Shown here in pieces: positions 21,526 to 34,878 of a stretch of DNA of 64,000 bases. The number at the start of each line of letters is the position of its first letter. The first letter of the stretch is position 1. Source of the stretch: Zygnema circumcarinatum SAG 698-1b (Eukaryota > Plantae > Zygnematophyceae); the NCBI GenBank assembly GCA_037447605.1, contig CM074823.1, positions 372,001 to 436,000 of the forward strand, given 5' to 3'. Below the pieces are notes generated by a model that saw nothing but the letters and a program-made list of their open reading frames with translations, did no database searches and had not been told where the DNA came from. The translations under genes and the position numbers were made by a program.

Positions 21526-22182
21526 TGTAACAACCCGCCCCCTGGCAGGCTGCTCTGAACGTCTAAGTGCCAAAGAGAGGAGGAGAGGGAGAGAAGAGCG
21601 TGAGCTCAATGCTGGTACAAAGAGCTCGGATGGTCTCCCATCCGGGCGCAGCCCCCTTAAGCTCCCCCCGTTGAACCCCCTACCAGCATGGAGGACCGGG
21701 AGCGGGACTGCCCAATCAGAGCCCGCCGCGTGGCGGAGATCCTTAGCCGAGTTATCGGCTAAGGACAAGCCCGTGGTCTCGCCGCATCTCACGGGGCGCG
21801 TCGCGACGCGGCGCGCCGTCGTGCAGCGGCGCACGGCTAAGTCTGACAGAGTCAGACCTGTCAGCCCGTCCGTACAGTACGGACGGTACTTGTCAAAAGA
21901 TGCCACCGCATCTCGTGGGTCGCGCCGCCGTGCGGCGCGCCGACGTGCGGCGGCGCGCGGCCAGATCTCTGGCCGCGGGATCCGTATGTCGGTGCGTCCG
22001 TACACCTGTACGGACGACCAGTACGATCCAAAAGAGATCCTTTGCCCGCCACAAGGATCGAGCCCAAGACCTCCTGCGGTCTTGGCAGCGTCCTAACCTA
22101 TCCGCTAGGCGCTGAGATGAAGGGATAGTCATAGTATCACTATGAGTACGCCTCCAGGGTCACGCTGTAGCGTTACGCTACA
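21526..22182 (-). repeat. 3' LTR of G2 (657 bp)
   Basis: TGTAGCGTAACGCTACA...GGGTTGTTACA, matching 56364-57019. Followed by TGAGA (TSD). Confidence 0.95.
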
Positions 22183-23178
22183 TTACTCCCCCCTGTGAGT
22201 ATGTGAACGCCCTCGTTCACTGGGGAAAAGTAATCTTGGCAGCCCGCAGTTTAAGAGGCACGCTACCGCTTGGGCTGGGTGTGGGCTCTGGAGGGCTCGC
22301 AATAAGCATCCCGCCGTCCTTCCGAAAAGACGCGACGTGTCTAAAAACCTCTAGCCGCCTTCGCCGGCCACCTCGCCGGGTTCAAGGCCCCCAAAGACAA
22401 TCTCTCGAGTTCGCGTGTAATTTGTCGTGATTGTTTCATGCTCCTAATGCTATGTTCAACCCTTATATAGCTCCAACCATTTCAATTTGAGATATTCGCG
22501 GGCGGGAAGTCTCACCTCTTACTCACAGCCCCGGGGTTTGACGTGCCTCTACCTCATACTCGAGGTCACCCTCAATTTCCACTGGAGGGGGATGTGGTTG
22601 GACTCTCCCATCGCTACGGTATGCCTTAAGAAGACCCACATGAAAGACCGGATGCACTTTCATATGAGCCGGTAAAGCCAACCGGTAAGCGACCTCACCA
22701 ATTCGCTTCACGACCGAAAAAGGTCCCATGAAGCGAGGCCACAACTTACGGGTTCCGCCGTAAGTCTTCAGGCGCAAGTTCGCCGTACTCAGCAGTACCT
22801 GGTCGCCTACAGCGAAGGTTAATGCAACACGGCGGCGATCGGCATAGAGCTTGCGCGGAACGCCCCTAGCGGGGTACGCCTTGCCCTCTATAGCCTCGGA
22901 CATTTTCGGTAGAAAGCACTAACGGCGGAGGTTGACTCACGCCGGCTCTGTGCCCCAAGGATCCAGGGGGCACGTGAACATCCGTATTTCACAAATCATT
23001 TCAGCGATCTCTTGAGCGCGAGGATTTAGAGGATGACAAAGTTCAAGAATGGAGTGGTACCGATTGATTCTTGGAATGCATTATTAATGGCATACTCAGC
23101 CACCGGGAGCAGTTCATCCCATCCATCCGGGACGGGTCCCACATAATGCCTCAAATAGTCTTCCAGAATCCGGTTAAC
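21526..23178 (-). mobile_element. Ty3/gypsy chromovirus G2, 3' half (integrase C-terminus, frameshifted chromodomain, PPT, 3' LTR)
   Basis: VNRILEDYLRHYVGP; KLWPRFMGPF..HPVFHVGLLK..LEYEVE (22523-22903); PPT AGGGGGGAGTAA directly before the LTR. Confidence 0.9.
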
Positions 23179-23281
23179 TATAGCGAAACGCTACAGTCAC
23201 CCACGGGAGGTGTACTTAGGGCGCGCTCCGTCCTAGTACTCTCACCCCGGGCGCGGGCCGAGTGGCCAAGGCGTCGGGGAC
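23179..23281 (+). repeat. 5' fragment of a G1-family LTR inserted in the G2 integrase
   Basis: T(A)TAGCGAAACGCTACAGTCACCCACGGGAGGTGTACTTAGGGCGC matches the G1 3' LTR start at 55997. Confidence 0.8.
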
Positions 23282-26200
23282 TGTTGGTGCAAGGAGGGCC
23301 CGAGGGGGCAGACTTCAAGGAAGGGATAAATACATGCCCGGATGAAGCTCAAATCTTTCTTCATCTTCCACTTGGCACGTCCGCTTCCTGCCGCGGACTG
23401 CCTTCCATCCACCCTTGCCAGGTGACAACGGAAAACTGAGCGCGTCACCTGCGGGAGACACTTCAACTCCTCCATGGTCTCGGCTCCTCAAGTCCACGCT
23501 TCTTCAATGATCTCCTCATGTGGAGCGACCCATCGTACAATGGCTGCCTCCACTCATGGATGCGTCGACTTCAGCGTGACGATGATCCAGTGATAAGGAG
23601 AAACCACCGCGTAAAACTCCTTAAACTTCAAGAGTGTAATACAAGCTCTTTAGGAAATTTTCCATAATCCCTTGCATGCCTGAGCTCTCCACTCCTGCAT
23701 GAGCACTGTTGTGTTTGCTGTGGGTGGCTGCACCCAGGCTCAATGGCAAGCTGGCCTCCTGTGCCTCGGCCTCTAGCCTGAGCACAGGGACACACAGTCT
23801 AGTTGGTTTGCTGGAGCTTAGCATGATGAGAGCTAGTTCTCACAGTCTCCGTGCTAAAAGACCGGACTCCTCTACGCCTCAACCTCTGCTTGCTCTTCCT
23901 AAACAAACAGACGACAAGCGCGTGCGTCGGGAGAGTTAGACTTGAGTTAGTGGTGGTAAGTGAGAGAGCCAAGCTTGCTCTCTCTTAAGCAACCGTGGCG
24001 ATGTGACATCAACACTGTCACATCACGCCGGCCCTGTAATCCGCTGGGTGGGGACAGCTCAAGTGGCAACCAGCTGGTGCGCCTCGGTAAATCTCCGATG
24101 GCGCCGACCTAGTTCTTGTCCATCAGATAAGTCCGCGCTTCGCCAGCCCTCAGTAGCGTCTTCGACAAGCGACCATTCTGCCGTACAATGGGGCCAGCGG
24201 ACCCACTGCGATCGTCACCATGGCGTGTCTCGGTTGGCGGCGACATTCCCTTGTCGGTCCGCGCGCGACTCTGCTCAGCGTTCGCGCTCACGCGCGACCA
24301 ATTGAGTTCGCTCATGGGACCTCCACGCACTCACGCACTCTCGGCCGCTTGCGACTCCGTGCTCCGCACTCGGCGTCCGAGCCCGTCAGGCACCCAAATG
24401 CACAGTCTCCACCGACATTCCGACCCTCCGTAGCACGTCGGAGATGCGCGCATTTGCGTATACCGCGCCCCGTCATGCTCGTTCGCGCAGAATCCGCCTC
24501 CGCGCTGCGGATCTCCGCGTCAGCGAAGTACGCGTCGTCCGTGATGGCGCCGTGCGGCCGCGCTGCAATGCGTCCAAGCGCACTCCGCGCACCCCCCTTT
24601 GGTTCGATCTAAGTCAGAGACCGCAAACCTCCAACCCTCGTTTCCCCCTAACCTAGATCCCCATCCCTAATGATCCGACCACCACCATGTTCAATTCCTA
24701 CCACCAAACATGACCAATTCATGCATGACGTCTTCGTCACCAGCACATTGATCAGACAACATCATGTCAGACAGAGTACCAACACCTTGATGTACCCAAT
24801 ACATCAACAATCCCCCTCTTGGTACGTAAGTTCCTTGCAAGCTATACTAACATTGCACCCTAAGCTTAGCAACACTAACTCAGGCATACCTGCCAACTTA
24901 CACATCAACCCTTGGTATAGTCCCGCGTGAATGCAATAGCCATTGCACTTGGCATCTGCTTCAAGCGATGGTCTTCCCTCCACATGTGCATCGATTGCCA
25001 CATCAAATACTTGTAGCGCGATTTAACACCTTGTCAATGCATGGTTGGAACCTTCAACATCTGCATAGTCATTCTCCAAAGGTAAACCCGATAAGTCCCA
25101 ACTTCTCCTCACAACTCACACATCCAAAATGTCGTCTTCTCCATTGCCGCTCACCCCCTCATAAACATGAGGTCGTTCTAAGCTGTCCTTCGAATCTTCC
25201 TCGTGGTACTCTCGCCATTTGTTGTAGGCCTCCACCCAAATGAAGTGCCTCCTTCTCCAACAACTTCCTCTACATGATCCTGGGACCTCACACTATGAAC
25301 TAACTCATCCCCCATGGACAAGCTCTCCTTAGCACCATCTGCCAAGGCCAAACCTGAACACCTTACCTACCCCCTCTTAAGCTAAACAGCCTCCTTGTAC
25401 AAGGACTGGTCCTCCAAAGCCACCTCTAGCTTCGTCATCTCGGCACCCTCCGCTTGTACTCCACCTTTGGGGTCTTAACTCTGCTCACCTACTCCATCAA
25501 TGAGCCAACAAACTAGATGTTCCTCTTCCTCTATAAGTGTCCTACAAACCCTGCTTGACACTTTCTTGATTGCGTGTCAAAATCTCAACGAGTGTAATTT
25601 CTGCACCTTTCATATGCATCTGAAAACACCTCACTCCAGCTTAGTGACTTTTTAAGGAATACTAAGAAGGGAAGTGAACTGCACCATCATCATGATGACA
25701 TTCTCCACACTCTGCTCGCCCCTTGATTCCGTTGCCACCAGCCGCGCCTTCAAGCGCTCCTTGCCGCCACTTGATCTCCATAATCACTTGTAGCCCCTCG
25801 AATCTTCAAGGTCTTTTCTTCAACGCTTAAAAACTGCTCAGCCTCCACTATCATAGCCTCTTCTTCATTTCTCCCACTCCGGAGAAAGGTCATCTGAAGT
25901 CAGCATCTCCAGCCTATGGTCTTGCTGCTCCTCCGCTAATGATAAGCATGATTAGTCTTTCGGGCTACACTAGAAGCACCCTCCTCTAACCATGTACCTG
26001 AGTTTGACTTATCTTCTTCCTTTGAGGGAAACCGAAATCTCCCCCTCAAAAGTCTATCACACAAAAGGTGCAAGGCTGCGGTACCTTGTTTCAGAGCGCC
26101 ATCCCCTCATGAGTGCGACCACGCCAGCTCCATGTCGATGCCCCTGTCCTCTTGTGACTTCCGGACCTAGGCACCTCTGAAGATCCTAGTCCTTGCAAGC

Positions 26201-29200
26201 ACCCTCAAGCTCTACCAGCTTAAGTGACCGAGTTCTTTGATGCCGAGCTCCACAAGCTGTCGTGCCAACGTCCACCGCTGCACCTTCCTCTTTTCGAAGA
26301 AGTACGAGCTACTCCGCTCTATCCCTTCACAAGGGTCTCCATCTGCATCTAGCTCCACCTGCTTGCCTCCAAAATAATTTCACCTTTTAAAGGAAAAAAA
26401 ATTCAAATAAAAATTCAGTGGTCTAAAAGTACTACACCTTGTCTTTCAAGGCAGCTGTACGCCACTTCTCCTTCGAGATCCATCAACTCCTCTTGCCTCC
26501 TCTTGAGTTCAGCAACTTGGCTCCTCCTCTGAAAATTTCTATCCCTTGTTCGGGTAAACTAACATCCGCTCCAGCAAACTCTTCGAACGAAGTCAATAGC
26601 CATTATGGACCGGCTGAGCCACCATGCCCAAGTAGCTTAGATCCGAATGATCCCTCCACAAGAATCAGCCCTGCAAGTTTGTTAGCAAAATGATCTCCAC
26701 AAGCTCCCGGCTGCATAATGTCGACTTGGAATGGAATCCTCCTCGTCCGACTTCAGCCTTGCCCCTTCTTGAATGGTTGTCAATGCCTCTTGACTCTATC
26801 CACTCTAATCCTTTGCTACATCTACTCCTCGGTGAAGTAAACTCCTTGTAGAAAGTTGCGACCTCCCTACCTCTGAATTGATCTCCTCCACTACTCCTCG
26901 GGGAATTCCCTTAACTCCTCCTTAGTGGTCCTTCACTAACATCTTTAGTGACTATCAATTCCACTAGATCTGTCCACCAGACTAGTCAGGATTTAAGCAA
27001 TGATTCCTGGGCAGCTTTCTCCCCTAGATCCTAGATCTTGGGCCCCCTTCACCCCAGACGCATCTGAAATGAACTAATTCCTTATGTGACACTCCTTGCC
27101 ACTCTACACCTCTCCTAGCCTCTCCCACAACCGATGTGAAGATTCCAGTTTGTTAGTCTCTAACTCCAAAGCTAGTCTCTAATCCCAAGAGCGTGCTTGG
27201 GAGGGCAGTCCCCTCCACATACCGTGGCAATCTCGATATGGAACTGGAGCCTTCTCCACTTCTCGAAGTGCTGGTAAGTTCTCCCCTCGAATCCTTCGAT
27301 GAAGCCACTTCGCCTTCTACATATCCGAGCATACAAGCTCCCAAAGGTGAGTCCACCCTTGCTTGTGCGTCTCTCACGCTGCCGCCTCCAACTCCGCTGA
27401 GTTGGGTCACCTCAAGTGTGTGCTACTCAATGCAGCACCTCCACGCCGCCAGACCTTGACTCCCTTGAGCCGGATCTCTCAAAACGACGTTAGAATCAAT
27501 GTCGTTAGGCTAGCCTTCTTTCGCACTCTTTTCCTCGAGCTGTCAAGACTAGTACTCCAAACGCATCCTCTCCTTGTGACTACTCAAAACTGAGTATTCC
27601 AGCAACTTGCTTGCTACAAACGAAACCATAAACGTGACTCCGAGTTTGACCATAGCTATCCTTTTGAGTACCTTTGAGCCAACTATTCAGCTCCCCCAAA
27701 GAACTATCTTTCAGCTCTTTCTCTAGTCAAGGATCTATCCCTTTGGAACTCATACTCTCAAGGATCTGAAACCCCCCCACTCTAGTATGCTCCAAGACCC
27801 TCACTCTCACTTGGTACTCTTTCGGATTACAACTATAAGCTCTAAGACTGAACCTTAAGCACTAGATGCTGAGAATAAACCAGTAGCTGTTGATACCACT
27901 TGTTGGTCAAGGGAGGCAGGAGAGGCGAGCTTCAAGGAAGGGATAAACATGCCGGATGAAGCTCAAATCTTTCTTCATCCACTCGGGCCACATACAGCTC
28001 CTCCACAAACTGTCACTCCCATCCACCTTGCCAGGTCGCAAGCAAAAGCAGACACGTCACCTACAAGAACACTTCAACTCCTCAATGGTCTCGCCTCCAC
28101 AACTACACGCACCTTCAATGAACTACTCGTGTGGAGCAACACACCGCCCATACAATGGTGCGCACTCCACTCATCCACCCGCGTCAATCCAACGCGAGGA
28201 CTCACATGACTTAAAATGATGCGGTAATAAGGGAAAGCCCACGGCCATAAAACTCCTTAAACTTCAAGAGTGTAATACAAGCTCTTTAGGAAATCTACAT
28301 AATCCCTTATGCTAGATTCTCCTCCTTACATGAGCACTATCCTATTCTCATAGATAGCCTACACCCCAACTGCAGTAGCCAGGCACTAATTGCCTCCTTG
28401 AACTCCTCCTCTACCTCAACACATGAGGGACACACCATCTAACTTCATTACTAAAGCTTAGCATGATGAGAGCTAGTTCTCACGACCTTCATACACAAGG
28501 CGGACTCTCCTCCTACGCCTCTCCAACCTACGCTTGCTCTTCTAGCAGCCAGCAGCCAGGCTTGACGTACATTGAGAGAGTTGAGCTTGAGTTGAGAGTG
28601 AGTGAAGTAGTGAGAGCTTAAACTTGCTCTCTCTTAAGCAACCATGGCGTGTGACGTGACACAATTGTCACGTCACGGCCGGCTGCCTACATTCGGCGAG
28701 TGGGCGCACTTTCCGAGTGCTTGACTTCCAACTGAATGCCTCGTAAACCTCACCGATGAGCGACCTAGTTCTTGTCCATCATTACAGTTAAAGCCGCCCG
28801 ACCCACACCGGTAGCATTCTTAAGCCCATGAGCCATTACGCATTACAAATCGAAACCCAGCGAACCCCACTCGCGAGTGGTCCCACGCCGATGTCTCGAT
28901 TATGCGCCCGACATTCCACTTGTCGTTTCAGCGCGCAACTTCTCCCTCAGCGTTCCCCTCGCCGCGCGACTCGCTTCAATTAGGTCGCTCGTCGATTACT
29001 CCAGCGCACTCAGCGGCGCGCACCGGCAGCTTTAGCGGCTCGGTACTCCGCGCACCATGGCTGCGACCAATCGGCGCGCTCCAAATATCTCACAAGTTCT
29101 CCACCGACATTCAGAACTTTTGCGTCACGTCACCGAGAGAGATGCGCCCGCGTTTTCGCGTCTTTGTCGCGACCAATCATGTAAACTTCCGCATAAATCC

Positions 29201-29542
29201 GCCTCGCTTCCAAATCTCGGCGTCCATAAACTTCAGCGTCGTCCGGTAGTCAGCGGCGCCCGTCAAATACTTGGCCCGGCGCTCCCAATCCGTCAAGCGC
29301 ACTCAGCGCACCCCGCTTAGTTCGATCTAAGTCAAAGCGCAAACCTACGACCCTAGACTATTCCTAAACGCACCTTGCGTGCCGTGCCTAATGATCACGG
29401 GCACCACCCATGTTAGGTCACACCCGAAAACTTATGGCCGTTCATACATGACATTGTAAGCTATACCAGCACATTGATCTCCCGGACAACATTCATGCTA
29501 GGAACTAAGTACCAACACCTTGATGTACCCAATACATCAACA
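23282..29542 (-). mobile_element. Ty1/copia family B with long LTRs (23282-24809 and 27901-29542) and a short (~3.1 kb), heavily degenerate interior
   Basis: Both LTRs run TGTTGATGTATTGGG...CCAACA on the minus strand. PBS AGTGGTATCA at 27891-27900; PPT CCAAGAGGGGGAT at 24810-24822; faint RT motifs. The flanks (GGGAC and GTGGT) are not a TSD. Confidence 0.8.
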
Positions 29543-32500
29543 GTGGTATCAGAGCCCAAGGTGGCGAGGAGGACCACGTGAAGTTCAGCATCCCAGCGTT
29601 CGATGGTTCGGACTACAAGGGGTGGAGATGGCGAATTTAGTTCCTTTGCTTGTGTAGGCGAGGCCACGTTGCAGAATACGTTAGCCCGGCACCATCAGAG
29701 CACCCGATGCGGCGGTGAGAACCTGGCCGGGCGGCAGTCGGAGTTGACACGGCGCTGGCGAGATGGAGACCAAGGACAACAAGGCCCTCCACGGTCGTCA
29801 TGGCGTGAGGGAAGTCCCTCTTCCATGCTGTATGACCTTAAGACTTCACATGCTATGTGGAGATCCTTAAAGGAGATGTATGGCGTAAGGATAGCGTAGC
29901 GATAGTCGCGCCTTTACGCGCAGCAGAAGGAAAATGAAGATGTCCTCGGAAGGCTGAGTGAATATATGAGGCCTTGATACTCTAATGGAGATTCATAGCG
30001 CTTCTAAAAAGCAGGAATTAGAGGAGACCATAAAATGACCCGGTTTCTAGGGGGACTGCGGCGATTGATGTAGCAGTTGCAGCTCTTGGGGAATTTCACC
30101 AACAAAACGCAGAGTGATGACCCTTGAGCGAAGTGAAGCGGAGGATCAGAGAGGAGAACAACTGTCCAAGACGTTGGGGGCACCGAGGAAGGTGTTGGCG
30201 GCACTCCGCGACGAGGATTCGAGAATGCGGCAGAGGCGGCATGATGAGGGAAGCCCCTGCGAGGGCGTGTTACCGCGTCGCGGCAAGGCGAGGGCCACTT
30301 CTCGGCCCGTTACAGAACAAGAGCACCAAGATGAGGGTGGGGGTATAGATCATCCGTCGAGAAGGGATTCAAAGGGAATGCGCGCTTCAAATGCAAGAAG
30401 CGAGGCCAAGACACCGGATGCCAGTGGCCCGATTGGAGACGAATCTCATCTTGAGTGAACGATACGATTTTGTTGGGAAGATCCAGGTTGCGGATCTGAA
30501 GCGGCCATGGCTGATCGACTCTGGCGCTTCCACGCACATGTGTGGCGACAAGCGAATGTTCTCTACGCTGGACACCTTGGAGAGGACAGATCTGTTCACT
30601 TTCGTGGCGGAGGGAGTGCGGTTACAAGGTAGTAAAGATGATCCTAGGAGAGCGGCTACGTCATCTACGAAGAAGAAAAGAAAAGCGGTTGGCGCCGGTG
30701 GCGTACTTCACACCCACGATCTGAAGCGAGAACTTCATATTAGGTCAGTCAAGTATGTAGAGGGGAGTGCGAAGTCACCTTTAGGAAAGTCTTCGCGTAG
30801 CTACTCACTTAGGTAGGGAAAGCGGCGAGCGTTTGAGAATTACGAAGGGAGGCCTATATTACCTTCATTATAGGAGAGAAGAAGATGAGGGTGTGATGGC
30901 CGTAACTGAGGGTGCAGTAAATCTCTGGCATCGTAGACTTGGTCATCTAAACCATAGGGGACTGCAACAGCTTGCTACAAGGGGGCTGGTACGCGGGTTA
31001 GACATTGACATAGTTGAGAAGGAGCTAGGCTTTTGCAAAGAGTGTGTAGTGGGGAAGGCGCATCGGGAGACCCTTTGGGGTGGAGGTCATTTCCGCAGCC
31101 TGCAGCTGGAGATGGTACATACCGATTTGTAATGGCCCGTGACACGGCAACAAGTGGAGGCTTCGCTACTTCATCACCTTCCTTGATGATTTTTTGAGGA
31201 AAATTTGGGTGAAAATTCTCAAGTACAAGTCACGGCTTTGGGAGCTTTTTCGGAGATTAGCGGACTCAGATGGAGGCGAGAAGCGGTCGAGAAACTGAAA
31301 CGGTTGCGCTCAAACAACGGAGGAATTCAGAGTGAAGGAGTTAGGTACTTGAAGGCCTCAGCGGAATAAGGCATGAATTTTCTGCGCTCCTTACTCTCCT
31401 CAAAGTAATGGAGCTGCTGAGAGGGTCAATAGGACGCTGGGGGACATGGCACGAACCATGCTGATAGATTCCCCCTTCCCGGCATCTTTTTGGGGAGAGG
31501 CGGTGATGACCGCAACTTACCTTAGAAATAGATGCCCATCTTCTGTGCTTAAGGATCAGGTTCCTGAAGAGGTGTGGAGTGGGAGGAAACCCCACGATTG
31601 TCCCTTGAAGACTTTGGGCTTGTATTTGCTGGTGAAGCGGTCTTAGCGGCGAAGAAAGTTCGACCCAGAGCCGTGGAAGGGTACCTTCTGGCTACAACAT
31701 GGGCGATCGCACCTACGGGTGGCCGAACCTCGAGCAAGCAGTGCGAGAGCTGAAGCGTTCTGATGAATGAAGAGGCGGTGGCTTCGGCTAGAGTGAGACG
31801 CACCCCAAAAGCGGGGCGAAATTGTGTACGAGAATGTGGGGAGCAGCCGAAGAGGGCATGGGCGCCCAGCCTCTCGGGTCAGCTTAGGAGGAAGATCGAC
31901 GCCCGAGGCGAGGGAGCTGGCCGAGGGAAGCAGCGCCCGGCGTGGAGGCAGTGGGAGTTGAACCGAGGGCATGGCGGGGGCATGGCGATCGCGCTTGAGG
32001 AGGCGGCACCACTACACACTCACGTAGGCGAGGGAGCTGCGGCGGCGTACGCTTGCATGGAGTGCGAGGATTTGGAGGCGAGGCGAGAAGAGGAAGCTAT
32101 GTTGTCGAGCATGCCTCTCGGGTTTGTCCCGGGGATTTTCTTCAACACGAGGAGCCGGAGAGCGCAAGGACCTCGGAGGAGCACCCGTGTGGTGAGGAGG
32201 CCTGATCACTACGGGCAACCAGCGGTGCTAACTGAAATGCAGGGAAAAATTGCCTACAGGGCTTCAGTAGGACCTGCGCCGGGGCTGCCTTGTTCATGAT
32301 CACCGAACCGCAAACCTTTGAGGGAAGCACGGCCAGGGTCGATGGAAAGTGGCGGCCCGATGCGACACGAGTGGGGTTTTGGTTGCTAGAGAGCGACGCG
32401 TGGCGACGAGGAACTCTTGGGAAGGAGGAGGAGCCGTGGATACGAAGTGGGTGTTCAAGGTGAAGCGAAAGGCGGACGGGAGTGTCGACCGTTACAAGGC

Positions 32501-34878
32501 GCGGCTGGTGGCGAAGGGCTTCAGCCAGGCGTACGGAATCGACTACACAGAGACCTTCGCCCCCGTGGTGAAGTTCAACTCCCTCCGTGCCCTAATATGC
32601 GATGCGGCGGCGAGGGATACGCATTACATCAACGATATCAAGACGGCGTTTGCATGCGGAGATCACCGAGGAGATCACATGAGTACGGCCGAAGAGATTG
32701 TCGAGGCGAGGGAGCATCTCGTTTGTCGTCTTGTGAAAAGTCTGTACGGACTGAAACAGGCGCCCAGGATTTGGTACGAGAAAATTGATGACCTCTTGAG
32801 GAGTAACGGATTTGCGCGATTCGAGACGGATCATTCCGTCTACCGACAAGGGGAAGAGGCAGATCTCATGTACGTTGGGATCTACGTGGACGACCTCATA
32901 ATGGTGAGCCTCTCATTGGAGATAATCAATGATTTGAAGCAGCTTTTGGAAACTAACTTCAAAATGTCGGATCAGGAGCCGCATTATCTCCTAGGAATCT
33001 TGTTGAAGGAAGACGGCGGCTTATTTCTTTAATGGAAGAAATGCGCGCGGAGAATGTACTGCCAGGTTCAAAATGGAGGAGTGCGTCCTTGCTTTCGGCG
33101 GAATCCGATGTCAGGTCGGAACGCGATTGTCGAAAAGATACCGATACTGCGGCAGTCTGGAGATGCGAGAATGTGCAGTCTTGGAAATCTGGTCGGCAAT
33201 CCCGGGAGTTTAATGTATCGATGATAGGTACTCGTCGACTTGGCAAGCGTGAGCTTCGGCAAGTGTCGGTTCATGGAGAATCGGATCACGAACATTGGGA
33301 GCTGCGTGGGCGGATCTTGGTCGTGGAAAGGACCCAGCGGATTACCGCGACCTCGAGGTTTGAGGGCGACTAGGTGTCCGGATACACCGACTCAGATTGG
33401 GAAGTGGCTGATGGACTACGTCACGCGATGCGGCCTCGGGATTTGTGTGTTCACGAGGCAGGAGGGCGATCTCATGGGCTGATTCTGAGATTACGGTGGC
33501 GGCATGCGAGCACCGAAGGAATTACATGGGGCGTGCCGCGGCGAAGGGAGGGATGTGGTTCCAACATTTCTTTGATGAATGTAGCGACCTGGCCCACCAT
33601 TGACTCTTTTCACCGGACCCGGTCATCTATAGCTCTTATGGAAAACCACGTGTTCCATAAAGAACCAAGCACATTAGGGTGCAATATCATTATGTCTGGC
33701 GAGAGTTGGCCAGAGGGAGGTTATTAGTGGTGAGAGTTTGTAGGAACAAAAGCGGTACTTGAACATGTTGGTAGAGTGTGGGAGACACTACTAGTGAGCA
33801 GCCGAGGTTGATTGGGCTAGGGCCCATGAGGCGGAGTCCCAAGAGGGATTGTTGGTGTTGGTGTATGATAGTTAGACATTGTATGGCACACACACACTAA
33901 TTTGTGAGTACTCGGTTGTAGAACATGAGATCACGCTAGGCGTAGTGCTCTTAGATTTAGTGATGTCGGTGCTCTGACTTTGGTGAGTGCGCCGCGAGTG
34001 CGCGGAGTACGAACGAGCGGCGCTGATTGGTCGCGGCGGTGACACAAGTAAGTGGAGTACGAATGCGCAACTTTGATTGATGTCAGCGCTGACGCTGGTC
34101 GCGCATGTCTGGGGCCTTGGCGACTCGATTGGTGTCGCGGCAGCGGCGAAGCCTTGGCGCAAAGGATGCCCGGCGAGCTTGACATGGAAGATATTTGGCG
34201 GCAGGAATGCGCCCGCGTGGACCGCACGCGTGTAGGTGCGCGAGGATTCCGATATGCGGCGAGATATTAACCGGCGAAGAAGCTGAAAGAGGCGGCGAAG
34301 CGCCCAGCGGCTATGCGGGCCGGGGATGCGATCCAGGAGCAAAAGAACTAGGCCAGGCGCCGCCGCTGGAACTACGGCGGCTAGCTGATCGCTATTTACG
34401 AGTGCGCCCACTGGGGCTTCGATTGCATGGGTTTGCAATGGCGGGCGGCGGCGTGACATGTGTGTCGCGTCACGGACATATTAGCGTAGTTTTACTATGG
34501 GAAATGAAACCACCTACACTACTGTCGCCAGTCACCGAGGGTCTTACCAGCGAGAACGCACACTCGTCTTTGCTAGGCTGCCTACACTTATTAATAAGTG
34601 AGGTAGTAGTAGAGGGACCTTGAAGTGGTGGGAGAACTTCATTGGCCAGGAAGACACAATTTTATTATGAGTTTTAGAGCGTGAGCTTTCTCCTAACACT
34701 CTCTCATTGTGATTTCCGCTGTGCTTGTATTGTAGCTTAATTATTTTGTTTTGGGCGATGTGTGTAGTAAGTTAGAGCTTTGAGTGTTTGAATGTCTTCA
34801 TCCGTGGGAACTCAAGTTCCAATGGAGGGCGTCACCCGAGGTGGCGCCGGAAGTGGGGAGCAGACCCCTGCTTCAACA
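29543..34878 (+). mobile_element. Ty1/copia family A1 lacking its 5' LTR (PBS, gag, pol, PPT, 3' LTR 33850-34878); frameshifted
   Basis: PBS TGGTATCAGAGCC at 29544; WLIDSGASTHM, LWHRRLGHL, KWVFKVK..YKARLVAKGF..YVDDL (32349-33032). The LTR matches 45052-46078. Confidence 0.9.
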
